From Octopus vulgaris (lineage: Eukaryota): DNA of 64,000 nucleotides. The notes under the pieces were generated by a model. It searched no databases and was not told the DNA's origin. It saw only the letters and a program-made list of their open reading frames with translations. This document shows, one piece after another, positions 10,776 to 23,524 of the stretch (the stretch's first letter is position 1; each line of letters starts with the position of its first letter). The stretch lies in the NCBI GenBank assembly GCA_951406725.2, contig OX597814.1:76694001-76758000 (forward strand), in the 5' to 3' direction. A program made the translations under genes and the position numbers.

Positions 10776-13627
10776 TTACCTGTAGTCGACATTCTGGTGG
10801 AAGGAAAGATGTCGTGAGCACTTGTTGACACGGGCTGTACGACAACCCTGATGACTCCAGAAGTGGTAGAGACGTGATGTGGAGAAAGCAGTGTAAGAGC
10901 AGTCGACGGAAGAGAAGTACACTGTGAAGGCGTTACAGATGTGGTGCAGGGAATAAGGCTGACGCTGCGAGCAATTGTAGTTGGCCACTTGGTGGACGAG
11001 ATTGACGTGGTGATGGGGATGGATGCAATCACCCGTTTGGAAGGTGTCACTGTTAACGAGGCCGGTGTAATGTTCGGGTTTGCGGGGAAACCGTGTATGG
11101 CGAGACCATGCACTGGTGAGAACCGTGAAGAGGAGCAAACTGCACACGTCATTGAAGACCAGGACTTTCGGGCTGTCTTCGATGGCCAGAGGTGGACAGT
11201 GAAGTGGCACTGGAAGAGAGAGCCTCCGACGTTAAAAGATTAAGTGGGCTGCTATCAGCATACTCTAAAAGGAGATGCCAGAAGTGAGTTCGAGAGGGAG
11301 GTGGAGCGGTGGATTAAGGAGGGCATATTGATCTCTTGGGAAAAAGAAGAGAGCGGAGTCCTGCCACTGATGGCGGTGATACAGCCCACAAAGCAAAAGG
11401 TCAGGCCAGTGCCTGACTTCCGAGAGTTGAATGACCACATATCATGTCATACAGGCAGCGAGGCCACAGATGTCTGCGGAGACACCTTGCAAGAGTGGAG
11501 ACAGATGACAGGGGCCTCCACGATCGTTGATTTGAAGTCGGCATACCTACAGGTGCATGTGGCTGAGAAACTGTGGAAGTATTAGCTTGTCAGATATAAG
11601 GGCCAGACGTACTGTCTGACCAGGTTGGGGTTCAGGCTGAATTCAGCGCCAAAGATTATGGCAACAATTCTCAAGGCCATCCTGGGAAAGGTGAACAGAG
11701 TAAAAAAGGCCACCAATTCGTACATTGATGATATTCTGGTGGATGAAACCGTAATGCCAGCAATGGAGGTCATAGGCCACCTGAAGAGTTTTGGACTGAT
11801 CGCCAAGCCATCAGAGGCAATGGAGGGAGGTGCTGCACTGGGCCTCAAGCTATGGAGAGACAAGGCCGGCGCGTTGGTATTCCGGTGAGGGAACGAGATC
11901 CCCGAACTGGGCGCCAGCATAAGTAGACGGGAACTGTTCTCGGTGTGTGGGAAGCTGGTGGGACACTACCCGATTGCAGGATGGCTCCGGACAGCATGTC
12001 GCTTCATCAAGAAACGAGCCGAAGGAGTGAAGTGGAATGATAGAGTGGGGGAGATGACGACCGACATGATACAGTAAGTCTTGGTCAGAGTAAGAGCAGA
12101 GGATCCAGTGAGGGACAGTTGGTATGTTCGCAAATCAAAGAGCGGGATTGTATGGTGTGACGCCAGTAGCATCGCAATAGGGGTTGTCTTAGAAGTGGGA
12201 GGTGTCATGGTAGAAGATGCAGCCTAGCTCAGGAAGACGGATGACTGCAATCATATCAATGTGGCGGAGTTGGATGCCGTGTTGAAAGGAGTGAACCTAG
12301 CCTTGAAGTGGGGGTTGCACACCATAGAAATCAGGACTGATTCGGCCACTGTACTTGGTTGGGTGACAGCAGTCATCACCAATGAGCGGAGGGTGCGAAC
12401 CAAAGGGGCCGCAGAGATGCTGGTAAAGCGTCGATTGGGGATACTGCGTGAACTAACCACTGAGTTCAATCTGAAGCTGAGCGTGATCTTTGTGCCTTCC
12501 GAGAAGAACAGGGCAAACGTCCTGACCAGGGTAAAGTGAGCCTGGTTGCAGGTGCCAGATGATGCGGAGCAGGTTGTGGCTGCAGTATGCCGAGTGACTC
12601 GGAGTTGCGGAGATTGCATACCATGCATCACATGGGGGTGAACAGGACATTGTTCCTAGCCAGAAAAGTTGACTCCGATGTAACAAGACGGGGCGTGCAG
12701 AGAGTGGTTAGCAGCTGTGACAGGTGCCAGTCCATCGACCCTGCTCTGGGCGTACATGAGGCGGGAAGTATTCCAGTGGACCACGACTGGAAACGACTGG
12801 CAGTGGACATAACACACTACCGGCAGGGGACATACCTCTCAATGGTTGACTGCGGACCGGGGCGGTTGGCCATATGGAGGGAGATGAAGACGGGGACCGC
12901 AGAGGAAATTGTGAAAGTATTGAATGAGATATTCCTGGAACGAGGCCCCGTGGATGAACTGCTTCTGGATAATGGCACTGCATTTCGCTGGGAGGTGCTG
13001 AAAGAAATGCTTGATGGGTGGAAGGTCAACCGCTTATTCAGGGCGGCATACTGGCCAAGTGGAAATGGGGTGGTGGAAAGGCATCATCGTACCATCAAGA
13101 CCATGGCAGAGAGGGGCCACATTTCACCAATCGAGGCTGTATTTTTGTACAATTTTTCGCCCAGATCAGGACAGGCTGAGGAGTCAGTGTCACACAGGGC
13201 AATATTCAGGTACGAGTGGAGGCATCCGTGTACTGCATCAATGCGACCCGGGGCAGAGGAAGAGCACGCCTTCGTACAGGTCAGGGAAGAAGTTTGGGTA
13301 AAACCCCCAAACGCACGGTGTACATCACGATGGGGAAAGGGAACAATAACCTCCATCAATTCGAAGAACAACGTCTCTGTCGATGGTATGCCACGCCACG
13401 TTTTGGATATACGGAAGATTGTCCACGCCTCAGAGGATGGAACCAGCAGCTGTGGGCAAGAAGATGAAGACAACAACAGTAGGCAAAAAGACGAAGACAA
13501 CATCAGTAGACAAGATGATGAAGCCAGCAGCAACATGCCAGGAACCCAGGCCAGTCCTAGGGTTGCACTGCGACCACAGGGGGAGCGGTACCCTCCTCCC
13601 TGGTTGGCTGATTATGAAACCAGTTAA
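10776..13627 (+). pseudogene. pol: Gypsy pol pseudogene (protease, RT, RNase H, integrase)
   Basis: ALVDTGC; VDLKSAYLQ; YIDD; WCDAS and NVAELDAV; HH-CC plus D-D-E (LAVDITH, LLDNG, VVERHH); many in-frame stops. Confidence 0.92.
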
Positions 13628-14075
13628 GGTGTGAATTCGGGAGCGAGGAGTGAGTGGGAAAGCCGGTTGAGTGATCTGTAGATCGGGGGGGGGGGCGTGT
13701 GGTGTTGGCGGTCGGTGTTATGGGCCGTGATGATCTATGTGGTGTTAGTGGAGAGGATGACAGATGAGGTGGGCGGAAGTAGGGCTTGCAGGGGCCGGCG
13801 GAAGAGTGAAGGGCGCATGCGTGGCAGGAAGCACGTGTGGTCAGCGAGGAAGCGTGGTCAGTTTCAGCATAGACGGCAAAGCGACAGGACGTGTTGACTT
13901 CGTGAGAGACTGCTGATTTCGCCGAGGTAAGGCCTTTTGTATTTCTTGCTCCCGTTGCTTCTTTTTCTGTTGTCCTTTTCCCCCATCAAACTACACATAA
14001 TATATCTAGGACTACATTACCCAACAAATGATTTATACAGCATGAAGTATATGATAAAGACATAAGATTACATAC

Positions 14076-14216
14076 CAATGCTAACGCAACCAACCAGTGT
14101 ACAGGCAACCACATCTTGACCTTGACAAAAACACGTGTTGCAGCCATCATAGGACGGGAAGCTTGTGTTGACTTGATGTATCTGTCCATTATAATTGCAG
14201 TGTTCACCTTGCATTG
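14076..14216 (-). CDS. Gene copy A exon 2: six-Cys module 1, (S)MQGEHCNYNGQIHQVNTSFPSYDGCNTCFCQGQDVVACTLVGCVSI
   Basis: Acceptor ttttag|CA and donor G|gtatgt; 141 nt, phase 1-1, joins exon 1 in frame (T+CA=Ser); C-x18-CNTCxC-x7-CTxxxC pattern. Confidence 0.88.
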
Positions 14217-14895
14217 CTAAAAATCGAATGTAAATAAGTTGCTTTATCAAGCATATACATAGCTGCACATAAACACGCATTCATCTCATTCTCCTTTATC
14301 ATACATATTCACATATATATATTCACAAGGAGGTGTAGATAACTGGATGGCACTTAATCCTGTTTTCAATGGTATATGTTATGTCTTTCGATTTAATAAT
14401 TTGTGTTCATAAAAACTTCGCCAAGTATGTAACATGGAGGTGTTAACATAAATTTGACTATCACAAGAACATTATACACACACACACACACACACACATA
14501 CATACATAAATATACACACGCATACACACATATGTATGTGTGTATGTATGGTAGTGGTTTACCGAGCAACAAACTGAGACGTCGACGGTTCATACCCTTA
14601 TACCGGTATTGCATTCTGTCCGTGGTGAAGATCATTACTCTAAAATTACTCGGTCTATCAAGCTGTAAATAGGTAAGTGTCAGGAGCACTTTAAAATTGA
14701 CCAATGTAGGGAGAAGAGTAAAACAGTAATGGACAGGAAGAGACACAACAAAAGTGTCTTCTTTTATGTTGTCGCGAATCTTTACGTTCTTAGTTCAAAA
14801 TCCCACCGAGATACGTATTGCTTTTTATTTTTCTTTATCAATAATTTGAATAACATGATGGCAAATCACATACATATGTAGCATACCCTTAGTGA

Positions 14896-15038
<143 letters not shown>

Positions 15039-15145
15039 ATATATAACATAAATACGGACGTAGCAGATAACAGCTAATCTTCGGCCGCTTGGGCCCTGTT
15101 GACTCCACTACTCTGATTGGTTGGTTTTAGCGCAGTCAAAACGTG

Positions 15146-15319
15146 ACATACATACATACATACATACATACATACATACATACATACATACATACATACA
15201 TACATACATACATACATACATACATACTCACACACACACACACATACATACATACATACATACATACATACATACATACATACATACATACATACATACA
15301 TACATACATACATACATAC
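15146..15319. repeat. (ACAT)n microsatellite
   Basis: Direct reading; similar (TATG)n tracts at 22297-22520, 33978-34060, 35077-35180 and 35837-36043. Confidence 0.95.
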
Positions 15320-16812
15320 TGTATATACATAATACACGATGTGTGTCAATTCGTTAGTATCACTATCATTGATAGGTTATCATATTTCTGGTTTTTTGTT
15401 TGTTTCTTTTTCTCTCTTTTTTTTTTCAGTGATTGCGGGACTTGCATTATAATGGTAGCATGTGGCTTTCGTTTTTTTTTTTTTTTTTTGTTTAGATGCG
15501 GCATTCATTCTCATGTGTTGCAGCAACCAAGAACTCTTTTTGTACAGCAGCTTGATTCATGTGCTTTGTGAATTCAGATTGACTGGAAAATTCTATACCA
15601 CATAGATTGCATAATGGATTAGCTGCTAAAAGTTGGTTGTCTTTTAGTATGCTTACATAGGTAACTTGTGAGATGGCCTGTTCAACGGAATCTGTGTTTA
15701 TAGATGTTTTAAAAGAGAAGTTCTGAGAAAAGGAGACGAACGATCGAGGAAAAGAGAAATTCATGGCTTAGGAAATATTTTGTCTATCAGAAGAGGGGAT
15801 CATTAAAGTGTATACGGGACAATTTTCTACTCGGATATGCCCGAATAGCAGTGTCGCTTTGCGTGCCAAAATGTGCAGTCAGTGACTGGGCAGCACAGAA
15901 AATAAGCACGTGAGTGCACGTGAGGGCCTATACACGAATGCAAGTGCACATATCAAAATTCGCTGTAAAATAAGCTCAGGTGAGCGAGTGAATGTATTCT
16001 CAATCCATGATATCGAAGATCTTCCTGCAGGATTGCAGTGTGTGAAATGCCTTGAAGATTTTTCAGAAGTGAAATGTGTCTGGCGCTGTTGTCGTGGGTA
16101 ATTACTGAGGTTAGTAAGAACGACAGTGTTGCATGCTGGAGTGATGTGCGAGGCAAGTAATTTTCTCTATTTATTACGTGACTAAAAAGGGGTCTAACAA
16201 AGGGAAATTATGTCTAAAGATGAGCGAAGGGCATGTGAACATCTAGTCGGAAAAACAGTTGAGCTGGCACAGACGTTGAAAAACAAGGCAGTAGAGGCAT
16301 AATAGAGTTGCATGTGTGTATGCAAATGGGTGATCATGGCTGACCTGAACTAGCATACTTATGCTAGTGCAGTGATTAATTACAAAACAGTGTTGAATAT
16401 GTCAGTGATTAAGGCAGTGCTGAATATGCCAGCCGATGCATGCGGTATTAAATGCCTTGAACGTGCAGGAGCAACAGTGTGGCATGCTGGCGCGTTGTTA
16501 GGGACAAACAACTTTCTCTATGTATACGTAACCGACCTGGGATCTTACAGAGGCGAGTTGTATCTACAAGGGCGCAGGGAGGATAAAAAATAAGCGAGAA
16601 AGCCACGGTGTTGTGCATGAATGTGACAGTGTCAAATGCAGAAGCGTGCGCAAGGCCAGGGCTGAGGAAAGGTGCATGCGTGTTTGTATGTAACAATATA
16701 AACATTTTCAAAGTGAACGGGAAAAAAGTACATGCAAAATATGAATAATAATATAGTACATTCAAAAAGATATGCACATGAATTTAGTTGTTTTAGTGAA
16801 ACGAGTTGTCGC

Positions 16813-16920
16813 GGAATTTGTACATCGTGGAATATGTGCATCGCAGAATATGTGCATCGCGGAATATGTGAATCGTGGAATATGTGCATCGCGGAATATG
16901 TGCATCCCAGAATGTGTGTA
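16813..16920. repeat. 16-bp minisatellite (GGAATATGTGCATCGC), about 6.7 copies
   Basis: Six adjacent near-identical units plus a partial unit, with no spacers. Confidence 0.85.
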
Positions 16921-18276
16921 ACTCGTAAACAAATGAAAGAGTGCAGTGCAAACAGAATAAAATAAGCAAAAATGACAAACTTTGCGGCAAATAGTGTTCT
17001 TTCTTTAAAGTCTATTGCTGAAAGTGAAAAGATGTGCATGCAAAGAAAAAGAGTTGCTGAGAGTCTATATGAGTGTCTTATATACGTGCAAAAGTCCGTA
17101 GACAATGCAGGGCCTGTACGTTGGGGCGAAAAGCATGTGTGCGCCGAAGACGTTGCATGTGCGGGCTTCCCTATTTTTTTCATTTGGTTTGGGGTTCCAT
17201 GGTCAGTGAATTCTTTGTGCGTCGGCAGTGTTGCATTGTTGTAAAGTATATCGTAGGTTGCATCGAAGTATAGTGCTTTCTGTTACTCGTACTGTAACAA
17301 GTGGAACACGAGTGCATCTTGATAGTGACAAAGGCTGTCATTCTTTTCCTCCGGTTTAGCGATTGTTGATATGAAGACTGTAGTTCTTCAGTTCGAAGTC
17401 AGCAAAATGCAACGGCATGTAGCATTAGAAAGAAGCAATTGTTTTTAGATGGGCTCACCAGTGTAATCGATGAATGTGACAACTGTTCATGCGAAGGCTG
17501 CAATTCTTTAACTCGGGGTCAGCAACTGTAACGGTTGGTATTCTCTGCAGTCGAGGGTCACCAGTTGTAACGGTTGTATTAAGGTATTGGTTGTCAGTAT
17601 GCAAGATGGAAGAAGAACAGCGATCGAAGTTTAAGAAAATTTCTACTTACTGTTACTTTGTATATATACCATACCGCAATGGGTAGACTAGTGTAATAGT
17701 ATAACACAGTTCGTAAAGCATGCAAGGTAAAAAGAGTTAATTTCGGCCTGTATATGTGTGTACACGATCCCATAGTAGTATATATAGAGAAGTATGGTAA
17801 TGTTACAGAGAAAAGAAAGTTTGTTAGTGAAAATGAGAGTGGTAGGACGAAACAACTACTTCGTTGGTGAGTTAACATAGTTGTTTCTTTGTGCCTTTTC
17901 CTCTAGTGACGGCGTTTTGTTCAGCCAGTCAGCCAGACTCGGGTCTCACCAACTAACTTTTGCTTGGGAATCTTCTATAATTATCGCCAGATCGCGAGAA
18001 AAAGAGACATACCGTTATCCAAACAATGGGCATTTTGTGAGGTCTATGGTTCTGTAATTTAACCCTCCACCGCATACAAAAGGTTAGCAGGGGTGAAGTG
18101 GCAAAGACATTATTCTGCTTAGCGAAGGTTTCTTATAAATGTAACTGCTGTCAACTTAATGTTTCTCTATGGGAAAATTCCGTTGTACTGTTAAGTGAAA
18201 TTTTGCGATTGAGGGTCGAATCCATGCTATACCTGCATGAAGCTACTATGTGTGTGTGTGTGTGTGTGTGTGTATC

Positions 18277-19544
18277 AAACCGTTAATCAGTTAATCATTA
18301 ATTAACGAAGTTGACATTTTCGTTAACGATTTAACTTTTAAGTTAACTTTGGAAATCAATATCGGACTAATTAACTTCCGTTAATCAGTTAATTCTTTAA
18401 AAATGTAAGGGAAGTTATCGATAAACGATTTTTATTATAGAAAAAAAATCAGTTTTTGTTCTAAAACTACCTAAAAACACCTTTAAAAAATGCCAAAACT
18501 ATAAAATCAGCATTTTTGGGGCCTTTTTAAGGGCTTTAAAACCCCAAAACTATATTCATTTTTTTTGTTTTGGCGTTAGAGCTTTAAAAAATGCTGATTT
18601 CATAGTTTGGGCCCTTTTTTTAGGTTTTTAAAAGCTTTTAAAGCCAGAAAAGGTTAAAAAGGAGTGCAGTGTTGAAGAGGCCCTACAGGATTGCCATGGC
18701 CAAAGCACGTGCCCTCTGGAACCAACAAGATCGCAGCACTGTGGCAGTGGACAGCATCTTCACTGAGGTGAAGAGGAAGCTGGTTGTCTCCAACACGACG
18801 AAGCGGACTCGACCTATGACTCTATGGTGGTCCTCTACACCATCCTGGAAACTAAGAGGCTTGTTCTCCACAATCATGACCTAGTTGAAGGTCAACAGCT
18901 TCAACGACTAGGGTGTCAACTAAATTAAGGTGTATGCCAAGGTAATAAATTAATAATAAAATAAAGTAATATAATATTATTATAATATATATGTATTATT
19001 ACAATATATACTAGCTGGACCCGTGAAAAATTCACGGAAAATATAGAAAATGTAAGCATCTGTGAACAGTGTACTGGTGCCATGAGAAATGTTTGTATAT
19101 TATGACCGTCTGCCTTTATGTTCTGAGTTCAAATTCTGCCGAGATCGACTTTGCCTTTCGTCCTTTCGGGGTCGATAAATTAAGTATCAGTTGTGTACTG
19201 GGTCGATCTAATCAACTGGTCCTCCCACACACACACACAAAACATTCAGGCCTAGAAAAGTATATTGTGACAGTTACAGAATATAGAAAGTAATGTAACA
19301 CCAATGACTATATAATCCAACCAAAATATCTGAGTTACACAAACGTAAACGGAATTACTATTTAACCTTAAAATACATCGTGCATATTCAAAGAACCTTA
19401 ATGTACAAATTGAAATGCAAAAGAACGAAATGATAAATGGATTTATGAATGAAAGTTTGGTCATTTATTTCCACCACGCGACACTTATTATTGCACACAT
19501 GTTTTAACTAACTTATTATGGCAAACATGATTTAACTAAACTAA

Positions 19545-19611
<67 letters not shown>

Positions 19612-21681
19612 ACATTCACACACAAATATATTCGTATATGTGTGTGTGTGTGTGTGCGTGTGTGTGTGTGTGTGTCTCGAGTTGTAGCAGTAATTCAAAG
19701 GGGCCAACCATGTCATATTCTGTGTTAGGCTGAATCTCCTCGAGAACTACGTTAATGTTATGCATGTTTGTGGAGTACTCAGCCATTTGTAAGTTAATTT
19801 TATCCTCGTGTGGTAATGAAAAGTGAAATCGGCATCCAATATTTGCTGTGTGTATGTATCTATGTATGAACTTTTCTTTGAATTTATGTATCTACTGTCT
19901 CTCTCACTTTCTTTCTTTCTCTTTCACTTCATTTGTCTCCCTCTTGTCTCCCGCTTTTGATTTTAAAATGTGTATATGTATTTATGTATCTACTTCTCTT
20001 GCGGTGTGATAAACATTTAAAAACACAAAACGAACGCTGTCACCACTCACTGTCTCTTTCACTATCTCAATTTCTCTCTCACTTTCTCTCTCTCTTACTT
20101 CCTCTTTGTCCTCCTCTCACTCGCTTTGCCACTTCTTTGAAGTAAGTGTGGCGCACACAACATGTACGTACAAAAACAAAAAGTTAGCGTATCAATACTA
20201 TTGATATATTATATGTAATGTTATATTTTAGCAGCTGCAGCAATCGCTAGTGCACAAGCTATTGGTAGAACAATTTTGTAATATTCGGAGCACCTTGAAG
20301 AACTTCAGCTTCTAGACACATATTATATTATAAATCTTTCAAAACACATACTATATTATATTTTAATTATTAATATAAGACTAAAATAATATTATAGATA
20401 CTAAATTATAAAATTAATATTGACATTTGATTTGACAATTAATTTTTTCCTATTTTTACTAGTCTGTTTCCTTACAAATTTGAATTTCTAAAATTTGCTA
20501 ATCCTCCATTATTTCATTTCCGGGTCATGTCACCTGTGACCAAAGCGCTCGACCAGATCCAGGGGAAGGAACAAGCCTATTTTGGGACTCTGTTGCCAAC
20601 AGTTACTGCGACGATCTTTAGACTCGGGCCTCGTCTACTGCAGCCCCTTGGTCGACACACTTTTGGCAGGCGTCGACAAAAGATTTAAGACCCTCCTGGA
20701 GGATCAAGAAGCCCAGGTTTCGCCACATCTGGTTGGATAAGTATGACAACACCAAGGTCGCCAAGGTAAGGAAAAGCATGGAGGGTAAGGTCGAGAAGGC
20801 CATGAGGCAGCAGTATGATGAAGTGAGCAGTAACAGTGGAAGTAGTAACAACAAAGAGGAGGAAGATGACTTCTTCAGTGGTGTCATCCAGTCAAAAGAG
20901 ATCAACAGGAGCCACAAGTCACTCAAGAACAAGGCCCAGAATTTGGTCAAGACCTGGTTGAAGACCACCTCCAAGGACTTGCTGAGAGATGCTGTCTTGG
21001 CTGAGCAAGTGTTGGTGGACTTGTTCATCAAGTTCAACACAGCTATCCTCACCAGTGCTGCAGTGGAGCGTTTGTTCTCTATGGGCAAGAACATTTTGAC
21101 GGCCAAGAGGTCATCCCAGACTGATGAAAATTTTGACATGCAAATTTTGATGAAGGGCAGCATGCATCTCATGAACAAAATGGAGAACGAGAAGAAGAGG
21201 AAAAATTAAATTGTGTATATGTCATGTTTTTAATTTTTTTCAATTTTATTTTTTTACGGCTACTTTTTTTAGTTTAATACTAGTATTGTGTTTCATTTGA
21301 GTTTTTTTTTTACCCTTTTCTAGCTCTAAAAGCTTTTAAAAACCTTCAAAAAGGGCAAAAACTATGAAACCATCCTTCTTTAGGTCTTTTAAAAGTTAAA
21401 AGTATAAAATCAGCATTTAAAAAAAAACTAAAGCAATATATATATATATATATATATATATAGTTTTGGGGTTCAAAAGCCCTCAAAAAGACAAAAATAG
21501 GCCAATTTTATAGTTTTGGCACTTTTTAAAGGTGTTTTTAGGTGGTTTTAGAGCAAAGATTGATTTCTTTGTCTTTTTTCTATAATGAAAATTAACGTTA
21601 ATGGTTTATCTATAACTTCTGTTACATTAACTGATTAACGGTTATTGAAATTAACTTTTTGATAAACAGTGCCCACCTTTG
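18277..21681 (+). mobile_element. Degenerate hAT DNA transposon with long inverted subterminal arms, interrupted by other repeats
   Basis: Right TIR tgcccacctttg (21670-21681); about 18400-18660 is inverted relative to about 21310-21640; hAT C-terminal dimerisation motif FNTAILTSAAVERLFS in ORF 20733-21209. Confidence 0.8.
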
Positions 21682-21714
21682 GTATGTATGTATATATGCG
21701 TGCGTGCATCTTTA

Positions 21715-22230
21715 TCTTGATGAAAAAAGAATTCCCAAACAAATAATGTATGGCAAACCGTTGGAAGGCATTTTACCACAACATAAGGCAAGAAAGCGAT
21801 TCCGGGACAACTTAAAAGACAACTTAAAAGCTATGAGGTTTCAAAATAGGAACACCTAGACGCAAAGAGTCTATGACGGAGTGAGCACATTCCAACGAAA
21901 TGCAAACGAATGGTTACGCAGAAACTGATGAGCACGAAAAGACAATTCCGTTGACCCTACAATTCCTCACGTAGTATGTAAAGTCTGTTACCACATATGT
22001 TACGCGCAGGCCTGGTGCGCCAGCAGAGAAGCCATGTAGAAAGACCTGTTACAAACTGCAAAGACTTTCTCTCTAGGGTCAACAGCACAAGAAAACGTGA
22101 CAAATTGTTCAGGTTTACCTCGGCAAATGAGGATGTACGCAGAAAATTATCAGAACCATCCAGAACAACCAAGAAATCAGAAGAACTTGTAAGCCGCTGC
22201 AGCATTAAAGTGCTATTGGCGTTTTCACAT
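21715..22230 (+). mobile_element. RTE-clade LINE 3' remnant (paralogous remnant at about 35210-35710)
   Basis: DEKRIPKQIMYG..KRFRDNLK motif; the copy B remnant retains the C-terminal finger CIVCKKTYINRSDLSRHIRMH. Confidence 0.6.
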
Positions 22231-22804
22231 ATAATGCTGTAATACATTTTATTTAGTCAGTCATGATCATACTCGTTTAACGGGTTGACAGCCCTCATGT
22301 ATGCATGTATGTATGTATGTATGTATGTATGTATGTATGTATGTATGTATGTATGTATGTATGTATGTGTGTATGTATGTGTGTATGTGTGTATGTATGT
22401 ATGTATGTATGTATGTATGTATGTATGTATGTATGTATGTGTGTGTGTATGTATGTATGTATGTATGTATGTATGTATGTATGTATGTATGTATGTATGT
22501 ATGCATGTATGCATGCATGTATTATGTAAATATATATATGTAGATACACTTTCCCGTATATTTTCCGGCTCTTTGTTCTGAGTTCAAATCTTATCATCTT
22601 TGCCTTTCGTCTTCACGAAGTTGTAAAAAATAAAGTCCCAGTTAGACACTGGGGTTTATGGTATCGTCTGGACCCTTCCCTTCAAAATAACTTGTGCCTA
22701 TTTAATTACTGACTCACCTAAAATAAGATTTGAAATGATTAAAAAAATACAACATTGATGGTTAAATAGAGAAACGAAATATAAGCTAAAAGAGTTTAAC
22801 TTAC

Positions 22805-22865
22805 ATGGTGCCGAAAGAACGACAGTCAGAACTGTGAGGATGCCGACGAAGATAAACGATTTCAT
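22805..22865 (-). CDS. Gene copy A coding exon 1: signal peptide MKSFIFVGILTVLTVVLSAP of a secreted pacifastin/VWC-like protein
   Basis: ATG at 22865 in the context gcaaaaATG; basic-then-hydrophobic N-terminus; phase-1 donor T|gtaagt at 22805/22804; identical copy at 36328-36388; TATA box upstream. Confidence 0.85.
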
Positions 22866-22941
22866 TTTTGCAGGATCGGAAAACTAACTCGTGCGTTTGA
22901 AATACCGATGTCTGTTGTAAAAATAAGAAAAGCAGGGCTAC

Positions 22942-22948
22942 TTTTATA
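22942..22948 (-). promoter_or_regulatory. TATA box (TATAAAA) of gene copy A
   Basis: Consensus TATAAAA about 80 nt upstream of the ATG, conserved in copy B; implies a TSS near 22917 and a 5' UTR of about 50 nt (inference). Confidence 0.65.
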
Positions 22949-23524
22949 TCTTCTGGTGTTGTTTAGAATATCTTCTGACGTCATACATTATTCTTGTATT
23001 TGCTAATTCTATTCTATGCACGCTTAATACGGACTTAGCCACACCAAAACCAAACACATTTTAAAAAAAAGAAATTTTATTTCTTTTTATTTTATTTTTA
23101 ATTTCTATATTTACTTGTTGCATCATTTTGTTTTGTTGATTTGCTTTATAGTTATTTTATTTTGGCTCAGCCCTTTCGTTTGCTTTTGGATGTTTATCTC
23201 GTGTCAATTATCTCAAGGAGTTAGAGGAAGAATTTTGGGAGAAGTAATAGAAAGCATAAAAAGGTAGGTGATTGGTTAATAGGTTGGTAAAGAGGCGAGA
23301 AATTTAACAAAAAAGAAATGGGCTTAATCAACTAAAATAGAATTGGAAATGCATTCAGAAAATTGCCAACCATTTCCTATTTAATGTGTGTGTGTGTGGG
23401 TGGGTGGGTGTGTTGTGTGTGTGTGTATGTGTATGTGCGTACGTGTGTGTGTGTGTGTGTATGTGTATGTGCGTGCGTGTGTGTGTGTGTGTGTGTGTGT
23501 AAATATATACCAATACACATAAAC

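Larger units (their letters stand above)
9745..13995 (+). mobile_element. Near full-length Ty3/Gypsy LTR retrotransposon, inactivated by stops and frameshifts
   Basis: 5'-truncated LTR 9745-9974 and 3' LTR 13698-13995 (TG...CA, about 95% identical); G-rich PPT 13685-13697; domain order gag-PR-RT-RH-IN. Confidence 0.95.

Noticed and set aside
16813-16920. CRISPR-like repeat array
   Set aside because: Units are contiguous with no spacers, the context is eukaryotic, and there are no cas genes
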